Positions 6,718 to 16,475 of a DNA stretch of 32,000 nt are shown piece by piece (the stretch's first letter is position 1; every line of letters begins with the position of its first letter). The DNA comes from Pseudomonas aeruginosa. Its GTDB lineage: Bacteria > Pseudomonadota > Gammaproteobacteria > Pseudomonadales > Pseudomonadaceae. Both the position numbers and the translations under genes were made by a program. The stretch is taken from NCBI RefSeq assembly GCF_001457615.1, contig NZ_LN831024.1, positions 1,530,001 to 1,562,000 of the forward strand, given 5' to 3'. The notes under the pieces were generated by a model. The model did not search any database. It saw only the letters and a program-made list of their open reading frames with translations, and had not been told where the DNA came from.

Positions 6718-9705
6718 TCAGAAACGCCAGTCGACGGCCAGTCCGACGCCATGGTCCTTCTCGCGGCTGCCCAGCAGGCCGTTGTAGCCCAGCCGCACGC
6801 TCACTTCGCGATTCACCGCGAGGCTGGCGTCGACGCCGAGCAGCGCGGCGTCGCGGGACAGGGCCACGCTTTCCACGCTGAATGGCTGGCTGCCGCTGGC
6901 GAACGCCAGGTGGCGTTGCGGGGTGGTGTCGCTCAGGTTGTGGCGCCAGCCGAGGGTGCCGGAGAGCGCCAGGCGGCGTCCGGCATCCAGCTCGAAATGC
7001 CGTTTCGCGCGCAGGCCCAGGGTGGTGAAGGCGGCGTCCAGGTTGTCGTCGCCACCCTCCAGGGCCGCGGCGCTACCGCGTTCGCGGAAGTCATCGCTGG
7101 CGACGTGCACGTAGGCCAGCCCGGCGAAGGGTTCCAGCTCCAGGCTGCGCCAGCCCAGCGCGTAGGCGGCCTCGGCGAACAACTGGCTGCTCTGTGCGTC
7201 GAGCTTGGCCTTCTGCTTGCCGGCCACGGCGCCGTATTGCAGGTCGCGCTTGACCTCGGCGCGGTGCCAGGCGTGCGCTGCGCCGAGGCTCAGGCGCCAT
7301 TGCTGCAATTGCCGACCGAGGTAGGCGCCGAGGTGGTAGCTGTCGATGCTGGCGGAGGATTGCAGGCTGCTGTCCATGTTCAGCGAGCTGTTGCTGTAGC
7401 CGGCCACCAGGCCGAGGCGCGTGTCGCTGGCGACCTGGCTGTCGACGCCGAGCAGGAAGCCGCCGACCGAATGCCGGTAGCCTTCGCTGCCGTGGCTGCC
7501 ATCGGCGCTCTTGCCCCAGGAGCCGAGCGCCTTGAACCAGCCTTCGGGAGCCTCCCCGCCGGCCTCGCCGTCGCTGGTCTGGCGCAGGCGTTCGCCGACG
7601 CTGTCGCGCAGATAGCGGCTGTCGTTGAGCAACAGGCCGGCGAGCGCCGGGTAGATTTCCCCGGACAATTGCTGGAAGGCCCGTTGGGCGGTTGCGGCGT
7701 TTTCCGACAGGAGCAGGCTTTCGTAGACCGGGTTGCCGGCGCCGAGCGTTTCCACGGCCCCAGCGACCGCCGCCTGGTTGGGCGTCTGCGCGACGCTGGC
7801 GAGGGCCGTGCCGTTGCGTCCGATATCCAGGCGGATGGCGTTGGCCGCGTAGTCCAGGGTGCCGCCGAGGAACAGGTAGTTCGGCAATACCGCGTCGAAG
7901 CGCCCGTCGATGCCGCCGGCGGCGTCGAGGATGTCGTAGCGGCGGCCGACCAGGCTCTCGACCTGGGACTGGCTGAGCAGGTCGGGGCTGTTTTCCATGG
8001 CCAGGGTGACGTTGCCGCCCGCGATGCTCGCCTTGCCGCTGGCGACGATCCGGTCGCTGGCGCTTTCCGAAAGCTCCACCGCGTAGGTCGAGCCGGATTC
8101 GAAGCGCAGGTCCCCGGCGACCTCCAGGGTGCCGATGGAGTTGCCCGCGGCCACCGTGCCGCCGGAGCGCGCCAGCAGGCCGCCGATCCTGCCGCTGCCG
8201 CCGAGGGTGCCGCCGGCATTGACTTCGACGGCGGACAGCAGCGAACCGTCGACGCTGAGCAGCCCGCCATCGACCAGGGTCGGCCCGCGATAGGTGCTGT
8301 CGCCGCTCAGGACCAGGCTGCCGGCACCGGCCTTGACCAGGCTGCCCTGGTACTGGCGCTGGGCGGCGGCCTGGTCGCGGGCCATGCCGATGGCATAGTC
8401 GGTGCGTTCCTGCTGGCTGGCACCGGCCGGCAAGCCGTTTTCCCAGCCCTTGTCCTTCAGCGTCCGCTGCCAGGCCGCGTGCTCGGCGGCGTCCTCGGCC
8501 TGGCGCTGGAGCAGGGCGCTATCGGAAATCGGGTTGCTCCATTCGTCGCGCAGGCCGGCCGGGAGGTTGGCCTCGAAGCGGCCGAGCAATTGTCCAGGCC
8601 CATGCATCGCCCGACCGAGATCCGGCACGCCCCAGCCGACGGTGTCGGTGGGGGCGCCGGTCGGCGTGCCGTCGAGCTGGGTGGCGGTGGTCAGCAGAAC
8701 CTGCAGCGCCTGCTCGTTGTTCAGGTACGGATAGCGCTGCATGACCAGGGCCAGCGCGCCGGTGGCGTGGGGCGCGGCCATCGAGGTACCGGACTTGTTG
8801 GCGTAGCCGCCGCCGGGCATGGTGCTGTTGATCAGGCGGCCGGGCGTGGTGATGCACCAGTACTTGGCGATGCCGCAGCGGTTGTAGCGCTGGCCGTTCT
8901 GCTGGTCGAGGCCGGACACGGCCAGCCAGTGGCCTTCCAGGTCCGGCTGGAAGTAGGGCAGGGCGGAGCGCACGCTGGCGTTGGCGTAGCCGCTGTTGCC
9001 GGCGCTGAAGACGTTGATCACGCCCTGGCGGGAGACGCCGGCGGCGGCGTCCAGCCAGGTGGAGCGCCCGTAGTGCTGGGCATAGGCGGCGTGCAGGCCG
9101 TCGAGGGTCTCGTAGCTGACGTCCTTGGGCTGGCTGCCCCAACTGTTGTTGATCGCCCGCACCCCGGCGTCGGCCAGCGCCTGGTAGGCGGCCTTGAAAT
9201 AGTTCGGGTCGGGCGTCGGGCCGAACAGGAAGCTGTCGTTCTGGTTGGTGTTGGCGACATACACCTGTGCCGCGTAGGCCACCCCGTGCATGCCGACGCC
9301 GTCGCGCGAGGCGCCGAGGGTGCCGCCGACGTGGGTACCGTGGGAGTCGTTGTTGCCGTTCATCGCGCCGCTGACGCTGAACGGCGTGCCGTCGACATAG
9401 GTGCCGCTGGCCGTCACCGGCTGGTAGCGCGAGGCGGGAGTATCCGGATGGCTCGGGTCGAAACCGGAGTCCATCTCGCCGATCTTCACGCCCTGGCCGT
9501 CGATGCCGGCGGCATAGGCCTGGTCGGCCCGCAACCGTTCCAGGCCCCAGTCCTGCTGGTATTCGGCGGAGCGCCAACTGGCCGGATCGCCGGGCCGACC
9601 GGCTTCGACATAGGCGGCCGTGGCCGGCTGTGCGATCCAGGCGCCCAGCAGCAGGGCGGCTGACAACGAGGTGGGGCGAGGGCGGAAGGAGTGGTCGTCG
9701 GTCAT
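6718..9705 (-). CDS. eprS: Subtilisin-family (S8) serine protease autotransporter
   Basis: ORF 6718..9759. I place the start at the ATG at 9705 (MTDDHSFRPRPTSLSAALLLGAWIAQPATAAY signal peptide), with GGAG 5-8 nt upstream. The catalytic triad contexts are GEMDSGFD, DSHGTHVGG and SGTSMAAPH. The C-terminal third is a beta-barrel autotransporter domain ending ...GLAVDWRF. Confidence 0.92.
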   Translation of the reverse strand: MTDDHSFRPRPTSLSAALLLGAWIAQPATAAYVEAGRPGDPASWRSAEYQQDWGLERLRADQAYAAGIDGQGVKIGEMDSGFDPSHPDTPASRYQPVTASGTYVDGTPFSVSGAMNGNNDSHGTHVGGTLGASRDGVGMHGVAYAAQVYVANTNQNDSFLFGPTPDPNYFKAAYQALADAGVRAINNSWGSQPKDVSYETLDGLHAAYAQHYGRSTWLDAAAGVSRQGVINVFSAGNSGYANASVRSALPYFQPDLEGHWLAVSGLDQQNGQRYNRCGIAKYWCITTPGRLINSTMPGGGYANKSGTSMAAPHATGALALVMQRYPYLNNEQALQVLLTTATQLDGTPTGAPTDTVGWGVPDLGRAMHGPGQLLGRFEANLPAGLRDEWSNPISDSALLQRQAEDAAEHAAWQRTLKDKGWENGLPAGASQQERTDYAIGMARDQAAAQRQYQGSLVKAGAGSLVLSGDSTYRGPTLVDGGLLSVDGSLLSAVEVNAGGTLGGSGRIGGLLARSGGTVAAGNSIGTLEVAGDLRFESGSTYAVELSESASDRIVASGKASIAGGNVTLAMENSPDLLSQSQVESLVGRRYDILDAAGGIDGRFDAVLPNYLFLGGTLDYAANAIRLDIGRNGTALASVAQTPNQAAVAGAVETLGAGNPVYESLLLSENAATAQRAFQQLSGEIYPALAGLLLNDSRYLRDSVGERLRQTSDGEAGGEAPEGWFKALGSWGKSADGSHGSEGYRHSVGGFLLGVDSQVASDTRLGLVAGYSNSSLNMDSSLQSSASIDSYHLGAYLGRQLQQWRLSLGAAHAWHRAEVKRDLQYGAVAGKQKAKLDAQSSQLFAEAAYALGWRSLELEPFAGLAYVHVASDDFRERGSAAALEGGDDNLDAAFTTLGLRAKRHFELDAGRRLALSGTLGWRHNLSDTTPQRHLAFASGSQPFSVESVALSRDAALLGVDASLAVNREVSVRLGYNGLLGSREKDHGVGLAVDWRF

Positions 9706-10003
9706 GCGGTCTCCACGCTTTATTGGTCTTGTCGGACAGGGGTGGACTCGAAGAGACAAGGTTTAGCACCGGCTTTCGCCGCGCCGGAATTCCCAGGTGG
9801 ATAGTTGACAGCCGGACAAACGGCACGCCTCCCCTCTACCGCGCCCATCGGCCAGCCTGATGCCTGGCGATTCAGCCGACTGACGCTGCTGGCGCGGCGG
9901 CGGAAGGCGCCGCATAGTGCCGATTCGACGACTAGACCGGTCGTCTGGTCCTCGCGTACGCGCCGGGCCGCGACGGCCGGCGACGACAATGAAGAGGCGA
10001 GCC

Positions 10004-12112
10004 ATGAGCAAGACCCTCCACTACCGTGCGTGCCATCTCTGCGAGGCCATCTGCGGGCTCGCCATCGAGACCGAGAGCGACGAGGGCGGCGTGCCGCGGA
10101 TCCGCTCGATCAAGGGCGACCCGCAGGACAGCTTCAGCCGCGGCCATGTCTGTCCCAAGGCGGTGGCCCTGCAGGACATCCAGGACGACCCCGACCGCCT
10201 GCGCCAGCCGTTGCGCCGGGTCGGCAGCGAGTGGCAGCCGATCGGCTGGGACGAGGCCTTCGCGCTGGTGGCCAGCCGCCTCGGCGAGATCCGCGAGCGC
10301 CATGGCAACGATGCGGTGGCGGTCTACCAGGGCAATCCGAGCGTGCACAACTACGGCCTGATGACCCATAGCAACTACTTCCTCGGCCTGCTGAAAACGC
10401 GCAACCGCTTCTCCGCGACTTCCGTCGACCAGTTGCCGCATCACCTGGTCAGCCAGCAGATGTACGGCCATGGTTTGTTGATCCCGATCCCCGACATCGA
10501 CCACACCGACTTCATGCTGGTGCTCGGCGGCAACCCGCTGGCGTCCAACGGCAGCATCATGACCGTGCCGGACGTGGAGAAGCGCCTGAAGGCGCTGAAG
10601 GCCCGCGGCGGCCGGTTGGTGGTGGTCGATCCCCGGCGCAGCGAGACCGCGGCTATCGCCGACCGGCACCTGTTCATTCGTCCCGGCCAGGATGCGGCGC
10701 TGTTGCTCGGGATACTCAACACCCTGTTCGAGGAGAACCTCGGTCGCCCCACGCCGCTGCCGGTCGACGGGCTGGAGCGGGTGCGCGAGGCGGTCGCGGT
10801 CTTCGACGCCGAGTCCATGAGCGCGCGCTGTGGCGTGCCGGCCGAAAGCATTCGCCAACTGGCGCGGGATTTCGCCGCCGCCGAACGGGCGGTCTGCTAT
10901 GGCCGGATGGGCGTTTCCACCCAGGCCTTCGGCACGCTCTGCCAGTGGCTGGTGCAACTGATCAACCTGGTCACCGGCAACCTCGACCGGGTCGGTGGCG
11001 CGCTGTGCACCTCGCCGGCCCTGGACCTGGTGGCGAGTACCTCGGGTGGCCACTTCGGCCGTTGGCGCAGCCGCGTCTCGGGGCTGCCGGAATATGGCGG
11101 CGAACTGCCGGTGGCGGCATTGGCGGAAGAAATCCTCGGTGAAGGCGAGGGGCAGGTGCGCGCGCTGGTCACGGTAGCCGGCAACCCGGTGCTGTCCACG
11201 CCCAACGGGAGGCGGCTCGAACAGGCCCTGGACGGCCTGGAGTTCATGCTCAGCATCGACCTCTACATCAACGAGACGACCCGCTACGCCGATCTCATCC
11301 TGCCGCCCACCGCGCCGCTGGAGCACGATCACTACGACACCACCTTCAACGTCTTCGCCGTGCGTAACGTGACCCGTTTCAACGAGGCCGTGCTGCCGCG
11401 TCCCGAGGGTGCGCTGCACGACTGGGAGATCTTCGTCGGCCTGGCGCGGGCCTTCGCCGCGCGCAACGGCCTGGAGCTGAAACCGACCCTGGAGCCGCAG
11501 CAGATGATCGACCTCGGCCTGCGCGCTGGCGCCTACGGCGACCGTTCCGAGCACAGGCTGAGCCTGGCCACTCTGCGCGAACATCCCCACGGCATCGACC
11601 TCGGGCCGCTGCGGCCGAACCTGGCGCCGCGCCTGAAGACCGCCGACCAGCGCATCCAGGCCGCGCCGCCGCTGTTCGTCGACGACCTGCAACGCTTCGC
11701 CGCACAGCCGCTGCCTGCGTCCGACCAGTTGCTGCTGATCGGACGACGCCACGTGCGCAGCAACAATTCCTGGATGCACAACTACCATCGCCTGGTGAAG
11801 GGCAAGCCGCGTCATCAGTTGCTGATGCACCCGCGGGACCTGGAGGGTCGCGGCCTGGTCGACGGGCAACGGGTGCGGGTGCGCTCGCGGGTCGGCAGCG
11901 TGGAGGTGGAGGTGGCGGCGAGCAGCGAGATGATGCCCGGGGTGGTCAGCCTGCCGCACGGCTGGGGCCACGCGCGGCCCGGCGTGCAACTGGCGATCGC
12001 CCGCGCCCAGGCCGGCGTCAGCGCCAACGACCTGACCGACGAGCGTCATCTCGACCTGCTGTCGGGTAACGCCGCGCTCAACGGCCTGCCGGTGGAGGTG
12101 GAAGCGGCCTGA
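10004..12112 (+). CDS. Molybdopterin (MopB-family) oxidoreductase, cytoplasmic type
   Basis: The ORF is open from 9917. I prefer the ATG at 10004 (MSKTLHYRACHLCEAICG), which follows GAAGAGG. It has an N-terminal Cys cluster C-x2-C-x3-C ... C for a 4Fe-4S centre and a C-terminal molybdopterin dinucleotide-binding region. No twin-arginine signal is present. Confidence 0.85.
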   Translation: MSKTLHYRACHLCEAICGLAIETESDEGGVPRIRSIKGDPQDSFSRGHVCPKAVALQDIQDDPDRLRQPLRRVGSEWQPIGWDEAFALVASRLGEIRERHGNDAVAVYQGNPSVHNYGLMTHSNYFLGLLKTRNRFSATSVDQLPHHLVSQQMYGHGLLIPIPDIDHTDFMLVLGGNPLASNGSIMTVPDVEKRLKALKARGGRLVVVDPRRSETAAIADRHLFIRPGQDAALLLGILNTLFEENLGRPTPLPVDGLERVREAVAVFDAESMSARCGVPAESIRQLARDFAAAERAVCYGRMGVSTQAFGTLCQWLVQLINLVTGNLDRVGGALCTSPALDLVASTSGGHFGRWRSRVSGLPEYGGELPVAALAEEILGEGEGQVRALVTVAGNPVLSTPNGRRLEQALDGLEFMLSIDLYINETTRYADLILPPTAPLEHDHYDTTFNVFAVRNVTRFNEAVLPRPEGALHDWEIFVGLARAFAARNGLELKPTLEPQQMIDLGLRAGAYGDRSEHRLSLATLREHPHGIDLGPLRPNLAPRLKTADQRIQAAPPLFVDDLQRFAAQPLPASDQLLLIGRRHVRSNNSWMHNYHRLVKGKPRHQLLMHPRDLEGRGLVDGQRVRVRSRVGSVEVEVAASSEMMPGVVSLPHGWGHARPGVQLAIARAQAGVSANDLTDERHLDLLSGNAALNGLPVEVEAA

Positions 12113-12224
12113 GCGGGTCGACGGAACGCGAGAGTAAAGCCGAGCGTCGCGCTAGGCTTTCCGATACAATACCGGTCATTATTTGCCGAGTTACCGTGTC
12201 GAAACGTTCCTGTTGAGGTAAGCC

Positions 12225-12551
12225 ATGGACATCATCGAAACCATTAAAGAGCAGATCGCCAACAACCCCATCCTGCTGTACATGAAGGGTTCGCCGAACG
12301 CCCCGCAGTGCGGTTTCTCCTCGCGCGCGGCCCAGGTGCTGATGGCCTGTGGCGAGAAGTTCGCCTACGTCGACATCCTGCAGAACCCGGAAATCCGCGC
12401 CAACCTGCCGAAGTACGCGAACTGGCCGACCTTCCCGCAGCTGTGGGTCAATGGCGAACTGGTCGGCGGCAGCGACATCCTCGCCGAGATGTTCGAGAAG
12501 GGCGAACTGCAGACCCTGGTCAAGGACGCGGCGGCCAAAGCCAACGCCTGA
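12225..12551 (+). CDS. grxD: Monothiol glutaredoxin (Grx4/GrxD family)
   Basis: 108-aa ORF with the CGFS active-site motif (PQCGFSSRA) and the conserved WPTFPQLWVNGELVGG. Confidence 0.95.
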   Translation: MDIIETIKEQIANNPILLYMKGSPNAPQCGFSSRAAQVLMACGEKFAYVDILQNPEIRANLPKYANWPTFPQLWVNGELVGGSDILAEMFEKGELQTLVKDAAAKANA

Positions 12552-12570
12552 TCCGCGCATCCGACGAAGA

Positions 12571-12598
12571 GCCCCGCCTTGTGCGGGGTTTCTTTTTT
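12571..12598 (+). terminator. Rho-independent terminator of grxD
   Basis: CCCCGC-cttgt-GCGGGG followed by TTTCTTTTTT. Confidence 0.8.
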
Positions 12599-12633
12599 GT
12601 CCGGAGAAACCAGCAAGGAAACCGGGAGCCTCC

Positions 12634-13785
12634 ATGTCGGAAGTCAATCCTCGCCAGGGTCGCCTGGCTTGCATCTATTTCTTCGCCATGGCCGGGCTGG
12701 TCATCGGCAACCTGATGGGACGCATCCCGGCGCTCAAGGAGCAGACCCAGCTGGACGAGCGCGCGCTCGGCCAGGCCCTGCTCGGCGTCGGGGTCGGCGC
12801 GCTCACGGCGTTCCCGTTGAGCGGTTTCCTGGTCCAGCGCATCGGCAGCCGCAGCGTAGTGATCGGCGGTTGCCTGATCATGCTGCTGGTGTTTCCGCTG
12901 CTCGGCCTGAGCCAGGGCTGGTGGCAACTGGCGTTGGCCTTCTACGTGCTGGGCGTGAGCTTCGCCGGGATGGACGTGGCGATGAACATCCAGGCGGTGG
13001 ATGTCGAGCGCCTGCTCGGCAAGCCCTGCATGTCCATGCTGCATGGCATGTACAGCCTCGGTTGCCTGGTCGGTGCGTTGAGCGCCGCGGCCCTGGCCGG
13101 ACTGACGCCGTTCTGGCACTTCCTCATTCTCACCGCACTCGGCCTGCTGAGCCTGCCATTCTTCGTACGCGCGTTGCTTCCGCCGGACCCGAGCAAGGCG
13201 GGCGCGCGCAAGGGCGGCGGCTTCACCTTGCCGCCGCGGGCCTTGCTCGGCCTGGGCCTGCTGATTCTCTGCGCGTTCGTTTCCGAGGGCGGCGTGGCTG
13301 ACTGGAGCGCGCTGTTCCTGCACAGCGTTCTGGATGCTTCCGAGCGGGTGGCGGCGCTGGGCTTCGCGGCGTTTTCCGCGGCGATGGTGGTGGGGCGGCT
13401 GTTCGGCGACCGCCTGCGCGGACGCATCGACGATGCGCCGTTGCTGCGCGGCCTGGGTTCGCTGGCCACGCTGGGCATGCTGGTGGCGCTGTTCAGCCCC
13501 TGGCCGGCGCTGAGCATCGCCGGTTTCGGGGTGGTTGGCCTGGGACTGTCGGTGATGGTGCCGATCGTGATCAGCGCTGCTGGCAACCAGCCGGGCATCG
13601 ATCCGGTGATCGGGGTCGCCGCCGTCTCTACCGTGGGGTATGGCGGACTGCTGATGGGACCGCCGCTGATCGGCCTGCTGGCCCACGAGATCGGCCTGCG
13701 CTGGGCATTGCTGGTACTGGTCGGTCTTTGCCTGTTGCTGGCCCTGCGCGCCGATCTGGTCCGGCGCAGGCCGCGCAGCGCCTGA
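12634..13785 (+). CDS. MFS-type transporter (about 12 TM)
   Basis: The long ORF 12349..13785 overlaps grxD. A realistic start is the ATG at 12634 (MSEVNPRQGRLACIYFFAMAGLVIGN), downstream of the grxD terminator. The sequence is hydrophobic throughout with MFS-like repeated halves. Confidence 0.8.
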   Translation: MSEVNPRQGRLACIYFFAMAGLVIGNLMGRIPALKEQTQLDERALGQALLGVGVGALTAFPLSGFLVQRIGSRSVVIGGCLIMLLVFPLLGLSQGWWQLALAFYVLGVSFAGMDVAMNIQAVDVERLLGKPCMSMLHGMYSLGCLVGALSAAALAGLTPFWHFLILTALGLLSLPFFVRALLPPDPSKAGARKGGGFTLPPRALLGLGLLILCAFVSEGGVADWSALFLHSVLDASERVAALGFAAFSAAMVVGRLFGDRLRGRIDDAPLLRGLGSLATLGMLVALFSPWPALSIAGFGVVGLGLSVMVPIVISAAGNQPGIDPVIGVAAVSTVGYGGLLMGPPLIGLLAHEIGLRWALLVLVGLCLLLALRADLVRRRPRSA

Positions 13786-13802
13786 GGCTTTCTGGCGGCA
13801 AG

Positions 13803-13836
13803 AAAAAAGCGCCGGCGGGGCAGGCCGCCGGCGCTT
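13803..13836 (-). terminator. Terminator hairpin between the convergent MFS gene and bfrB
   Basis: Stem GCGCCGGCGG / CCGCCGGCGC (10 bp, 6-nt loop). An A6 run on the left gives a U-tract for the minus-strand bfrB transcript. Confidence 0.7.
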
Positions 13837-13851
13837 CGTCGTGGTTCCCGA

Positions 13852-14328
13852 TCAGTCGTCTTCGTGCATGTGCGACTGCAGGTAGTTCTCCAGGCCGACT
13901 TTCTGGATCAGGCCCAGCTGGGTTTCCAAGTAGTCGATGTGCTCTTCTTCCGACTCCAGGATGTCCTTCAGCAGGTCGCGGCTGACGTAGTCGTGCACCT
14001 GCTCGCAATGCACGATGGCTTCGCGCAGGTCCTTGGTCGCCTTCAGCTCCAGGTTCAGGTCGCACTGCAGCATTTCCTGGGTGTTCTCGCCGATCAGCAG
14101 CTTGCCGAGGTCCTGCAGGTTGGGCAGGCCTTCGAGGAACAGGATGCGCTCGATGAGCTTGTCGGCATGCTTCATCTCGTCGATCGACTCGTGGTACTCA
14201 TGGGCGCCGAGGCGCTTCAGGCCCCAGTCGTTCCACATGCGCGAGTGGAGGAAGTACTGGTTGATCGCGATCAGCTCGTTGCCGAGGATCTTGTTGAGGT
14301 GCTGGATGACTTTCTTGTCGCCTTTCAT
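13852..14328 (-). CDS. bfrB: Bacterioferritin
   Basis: 158-aa [35 protein letters not shown]... with the ferroxidase-centre E/H pattern. Recognisable as P. aeruginosa BfrB. Confidence 0.96.
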
Positions 14329-14483
14329 GCCGAATCCTGCCGTCGTAGTGGGTGTGATTCGCCAAGTTTGGCCGCGACGAAGCAGGGTGTCAAACCTAAG
14401 TTATTGAAATATAAGGGAAAAAGAATATGAATACGAATGTTTTCTTTCCGCGTTCTGCCGCTAAGTCATTGAATTGAAGGCAT

Positions 14484-14509
14484 AAAAAAACCGGGCGCCA
14501 GGCCCGGTT
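14484..14509 (-). terminator. Rho-independent terminator of bfd
   Basis: The minus strand reads CCGGGC-ctggc-GCCCGG followed by TTTTTTT, about 30 nt after the bfd stop. Confidence 0.8.
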
Positions 14510-14537
14510 CTTCTGAAAGAGGGATAAAAAATATTTT

Positions 14538-14759
14538 TCAGGCAGCGACGAACGCCGTAGTCCCGAACGCCGGTACCGGCTGGGCACTCTGCAGGTCGTT
14601 GAGGGTTTCGCGTACCACCTGCTTGGCCAGGCATGCGCACTTGCCGCACTGGGTACCGACGCCGGTGGCTTCGCGAACCTCACGATAGCTGCAGCAGCCT
14701 TCGTAGATGGCATCGCGGATCTGGTTGTCGGTAACACCTTGGCAGAGGCAGACGTACAT
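14538..14759 (-). CDS. bfd: Bacterioferritin-associated [2Fe-2S] ferredoxin
   Basis: 73-aa ORF MYVCLCQGVTD...GTQCGKCA with the BFD-like four-Cys pattern, immediately upstream of bfrB. Confidence 0.93.
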   Translation of the reverse strand: MYVCLCQGVTDNQIRDAIYEGCCSYREVREATGVGTQCGKCACLAKQVVRETLNDLQSAQPVPAFGTTAFVAA

Positions 14760-14802
14760 GGCGATCTGGCTACTGGGAAGTTGAGTTGGAAAAGATACTA
14801 AT

Positions 14803-14821
14803 AATAATGAGAATGATTGTC
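14803..14821. promoter_or_regulatory. Fur box in the bfd promoter region
   Basis: AATAATGAGAATGATTGTC matches the 19-bp Fur consensus GATAATGATAATCATTATC at 15/19 positions. It lies 44-62 bp upstream of the bfd ATG. Confidence 0.7.
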
Positions 14822-15018
14822 AAAGTTCCCTGGAGCGTTTTAGTCGGGTTTTTTTCGCCCCCCGACAAATGGCTTTGTCGGACAAAGACTTAGCGCCGGC
14901 TGGGGCGGGGTGTATGATGGTTGTTTCCCGGGGAACGGCGCCCCTGACATCGAGGCTTCACGAGGAGCCGGCAGGCTGCGGTGCCGTCCTTCAACCTTCC
15001 GCTTAAAGGAGACATGGA

Positions 15019-15621
<603 letters not shown>

Positions 15622-15644
15622 GAAGAGCCTGCTTCGCGCGTTGG

Positions 15645-15673
15645 AAAAAAGCCCCGCTTCGGCGGGGCTTTTT
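15645..15673 (+). terminator. Rho-independent terminator of the peroxiredoxin gene
   Basis: AAAAAA-GCCCCGC-ttcg-GCGGGGC-TTTTT. Confidence 0.85.
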
Positions 15674-15756
15674 CATGGGTTCGCGGGGGCCGGCAGCCCC
15701 ATCCCAGGTCACGCGCCTCGCTCCGAAGAGGGGGAGATTGCCTGACCGGTCGCGTA

Positions 15757-15785
15757 GGACGGATAACGTCCTGGCGTTATCCGCC
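15757..15785. repeat. REP-like imperfect palindrome downstream of rnt
   Basis: GGACGGATAACG-tcctgg-CGTTATCCGCC, embedded in GTAGG...CCTAA. The shape recalls enterobacterial REP elements. It lies 16 nt beyond the rnt stop. Confidence 0.35.
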
Positions 15786-15800
15786 TAAGTGGGCCGAGGC

Positions 15801-16475
15801 TCAGTCGTCGTCGTCCATCCAGCCGCCCATTTCCTTCCAGCGGTTGACGATGCCGCAGAACAGCTCGGCGGTCTTCTCGGTGTCGTAGCGTGCCGAGTGC
15901 GCCTCGCGGTTGTCGAACTCCATGCCGGCGGCCTGGCAGGCCTTGGCCAGGACCGTCTGGCCGTAGGCGAGGCCAGCCAGGGTGGCGGTGTCGAAGCTGG
16001 AGAAGGGATGGAACGGATTGCGCTTGATCCCGGTACGCGCCACGGCGGCATTGAGGAAACCGAGGTCGAAGCTGCTGTTGTGGCCGACCAGGATCGCCCG
16101 CTTGCAGCCATTGGCCTTCAGCGCCTTGCGGATGCCGCGGAAGATCTCGGTGAGTGCCGCTTCCTCCTGCACCGCCATGCGCAGCGGGTGGTCAAGCTTG
16201 ATGCCGGTGAATTCCAGCGCGGCCGGCTCGATGTTGGCGCCTTCGAAGGGCTCGATGCGGAAGAAGTAGGTGTGTTCCGGGAACAGGAAGCCTTTCTCGT
16301 CCATGCCGACAGTGGTCGCGGCGATTTCCAGCAGCGCGTCGGTGGCCGAGTTGAAGCCGCCGGTCTCGACGTCCACCACTACCGGCAGGTAGCCGCGGAA
16401 GCGGCGCGCCATCGGATGGCGCGGGCCGCTGGGGAGGCTGCCGTCGAATTCGTCGTCGAAGTTGTCTTCGCTCAT
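15801..16475 (-). CDS. rnt: Ribonuclease T (DEDDh 3'-5' exonuclease)
   Basis: The long ORF 15801..16865 is trimmed to the ATG at 16475 ([12 protein letters not shown]...). It has DEDDh motifs [16 protein letters not shown] and HSARYD. The start overlaps the pyrC stop (ATGA at 16475-16472). Confidence 0.93.
   Translation of the reverse strand: MSEDNFDDEFDGSLPSGPRHPMARRFRGYLPVVVDVETGGFNSATDALLEIAATTVGMDEKGFLFPEHTYFFRIEPFEGANIEPAALEFTGIKLDHPLRMAVQEEAALTEIFRGIRKALKANGCKRAILVGHNSSFDLGFLNAAVARTGIKRNPFHPFSSFDTATLAGLAYGQTVLAKACQAAGMEFDNREAHSARYDTEKTAELFCGIVNRWKEMGGWMDDDD

Noticed and set aside
6751-9663. 970-aa ORF on the plus strand, antisense to eprS. Similar long antisense ORFs are 664..1821 (vs algD), 9932..12049 (vs the oxidoreductase), 12520..13686 (vs the MFS gene), 17669..19993 (vs motY and argG), and 21743..23668 and 23672..25462 (vs mexQ/opmE).
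   Set aside because: Their translations are Ala/Gly/Arg/Val-rich and low-complexity, with no motifs. Each lies exactly opposite a gene with strong family signatures. Stop-poor antisense frames are expected at about 65% GC with GC3-biased codons.
12349-12633. N-terminal extension of the MFS ORF back to 12349, and analogous extensions 16631..17650 (motY), 16476..16865 (rnt), 24535..25113 (opmE) and 28261..28851 (flcD).
   Set aside because: The extensions overlap well-supported upstream genes or terminators in another frame. Internal starts with an RBS and signal/lipobox or family-consistent N-termini exist.
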